Origin: Gnetum montanum
Taxonomy: Eukaryota; Plantae; Gnetophyta
Direction: 5' to 3'
Assembly: GCA_015680685.1 (NCBI GenBank)
Contig: MNCI01001451.1
Span: 613,228 to 677,227, forward strand
Length of the DNA stretch: 64,000 bases
The translations under genes were made by a program, and so were the position numbers. The notes under the pieces were generated by a model. The model made no database searches and was not told the origin of the DNA. It saw nothing but the letters and a program-made list of their open reading frames with translations. This document shows positions 63,415 to 64,000 of the stretch, one piece after another. Numbering within the stretch: the stretch's first letter is position 1; each line of letters begins with the position of its first letter.

Positions 63415-64000
63415 TGATTTAATAGAGCAGAGGTTAAGTTTCACTTTTCAAATTTGTTCTTACTACAAGAACAAGATGGGGTTCAAAGCATTGAGTTTCT
63501 AGTAAGACAAGCCCCAAGCAAGAAAGTTTGGAAAAAGTCCTAGTGAAGATATGATGTAGATTTAAGTGATTAAAATTTTTGGAATAAAAGTCTCAAGACC
63601 AAGTAGGATCTCCTAAACCTTTTCAATTTGTTATTGGTAAAATCAAAGAGTTTCCTTTTTGAAAAATTGAGTTAGGCACTATGCAGGATGACTAAATTGG
63701 ACATTAGGAATAAAGCTTACTGGCCCAAATTCATGTTTTCCTATAGAAAATTTAAGTTGACTTCATCAAAATGGAATCAAAAATCCTATCAATTAGTTGC
63801 ATAATAACAAACATTAAAACAAATAGTTGAGTGTTAAGAAAGCCCTTGCTTTTAAAAAAGGTACTCAATTTTAATTCAAAAAGGGTTTATTAAAGTATGT
63901 TTGTAGAGAAGAAATGTTGATCTAACAAAAAAATGAAAAAAATGACTATGTTGAATTAGCTTTGCTAATTTAAATGAAATTCATAGAGTTCAAAAGTGGC
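63415..64000 (+). mobile_element. Start of a family-C LTR (possible 3' LTR of element E)
   Basis: Collinear homology to 19390-19965 up to the window end. Confidence 0.75.

Overview
This is a gene-free, AT-rich, heavily decayed plant retrotransposon nest. A gymnosperm-like host is inferred from the PROT-aRH-RT (TatII-type) elements and the very old intact LTR pairs. Coordinates were read by eye; domain boundaries are approximate. From left to right: (1) the 3' end of a plus-strand Tat/Ogre-like element (INT tail, repeats, PPT, LTR 4170-5853) inserted into (2) a minus-strand Ogre/Retand-type pol (RT-RH-aRH-INT, 5854-8935), followed by a ~185-bp palindrome array and a 4-exon antisense pseudogene (13033-16000); (3) an RTE LINE remnant and a possible copia remnant; (4) a plus-strand long LTR from ~19382 carrying an ORF, interrupted at 23112 by (5) a minus-strand TatII element (23112-47640) whose ~5.8-kb LTRs each contain a ~1000-codon ORF; (6) a complete chromovirus (24058-32224, TSD ACAAC/ACAAT) inside the 3' LTR of (5); (7) a gag-only Athila-like element and a second copy of the family-(1) LTR; (8) a plus-strand TatII pol split by (9) a full-length L1 LINE (55342-61666, 19-bp TSD) with an unusual ~490-codon C-terminal extension. 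The most interesting pattern is that unrelated retroelements carry a similar-looking cargo domain (PMD/Transposase_32/ATHILA-ORF-like, by eye). In the LTR elements this cargo sits directly downstream of family-specific palindrome arrays, which suggests a candidate anti-silencing or trans-activation module.
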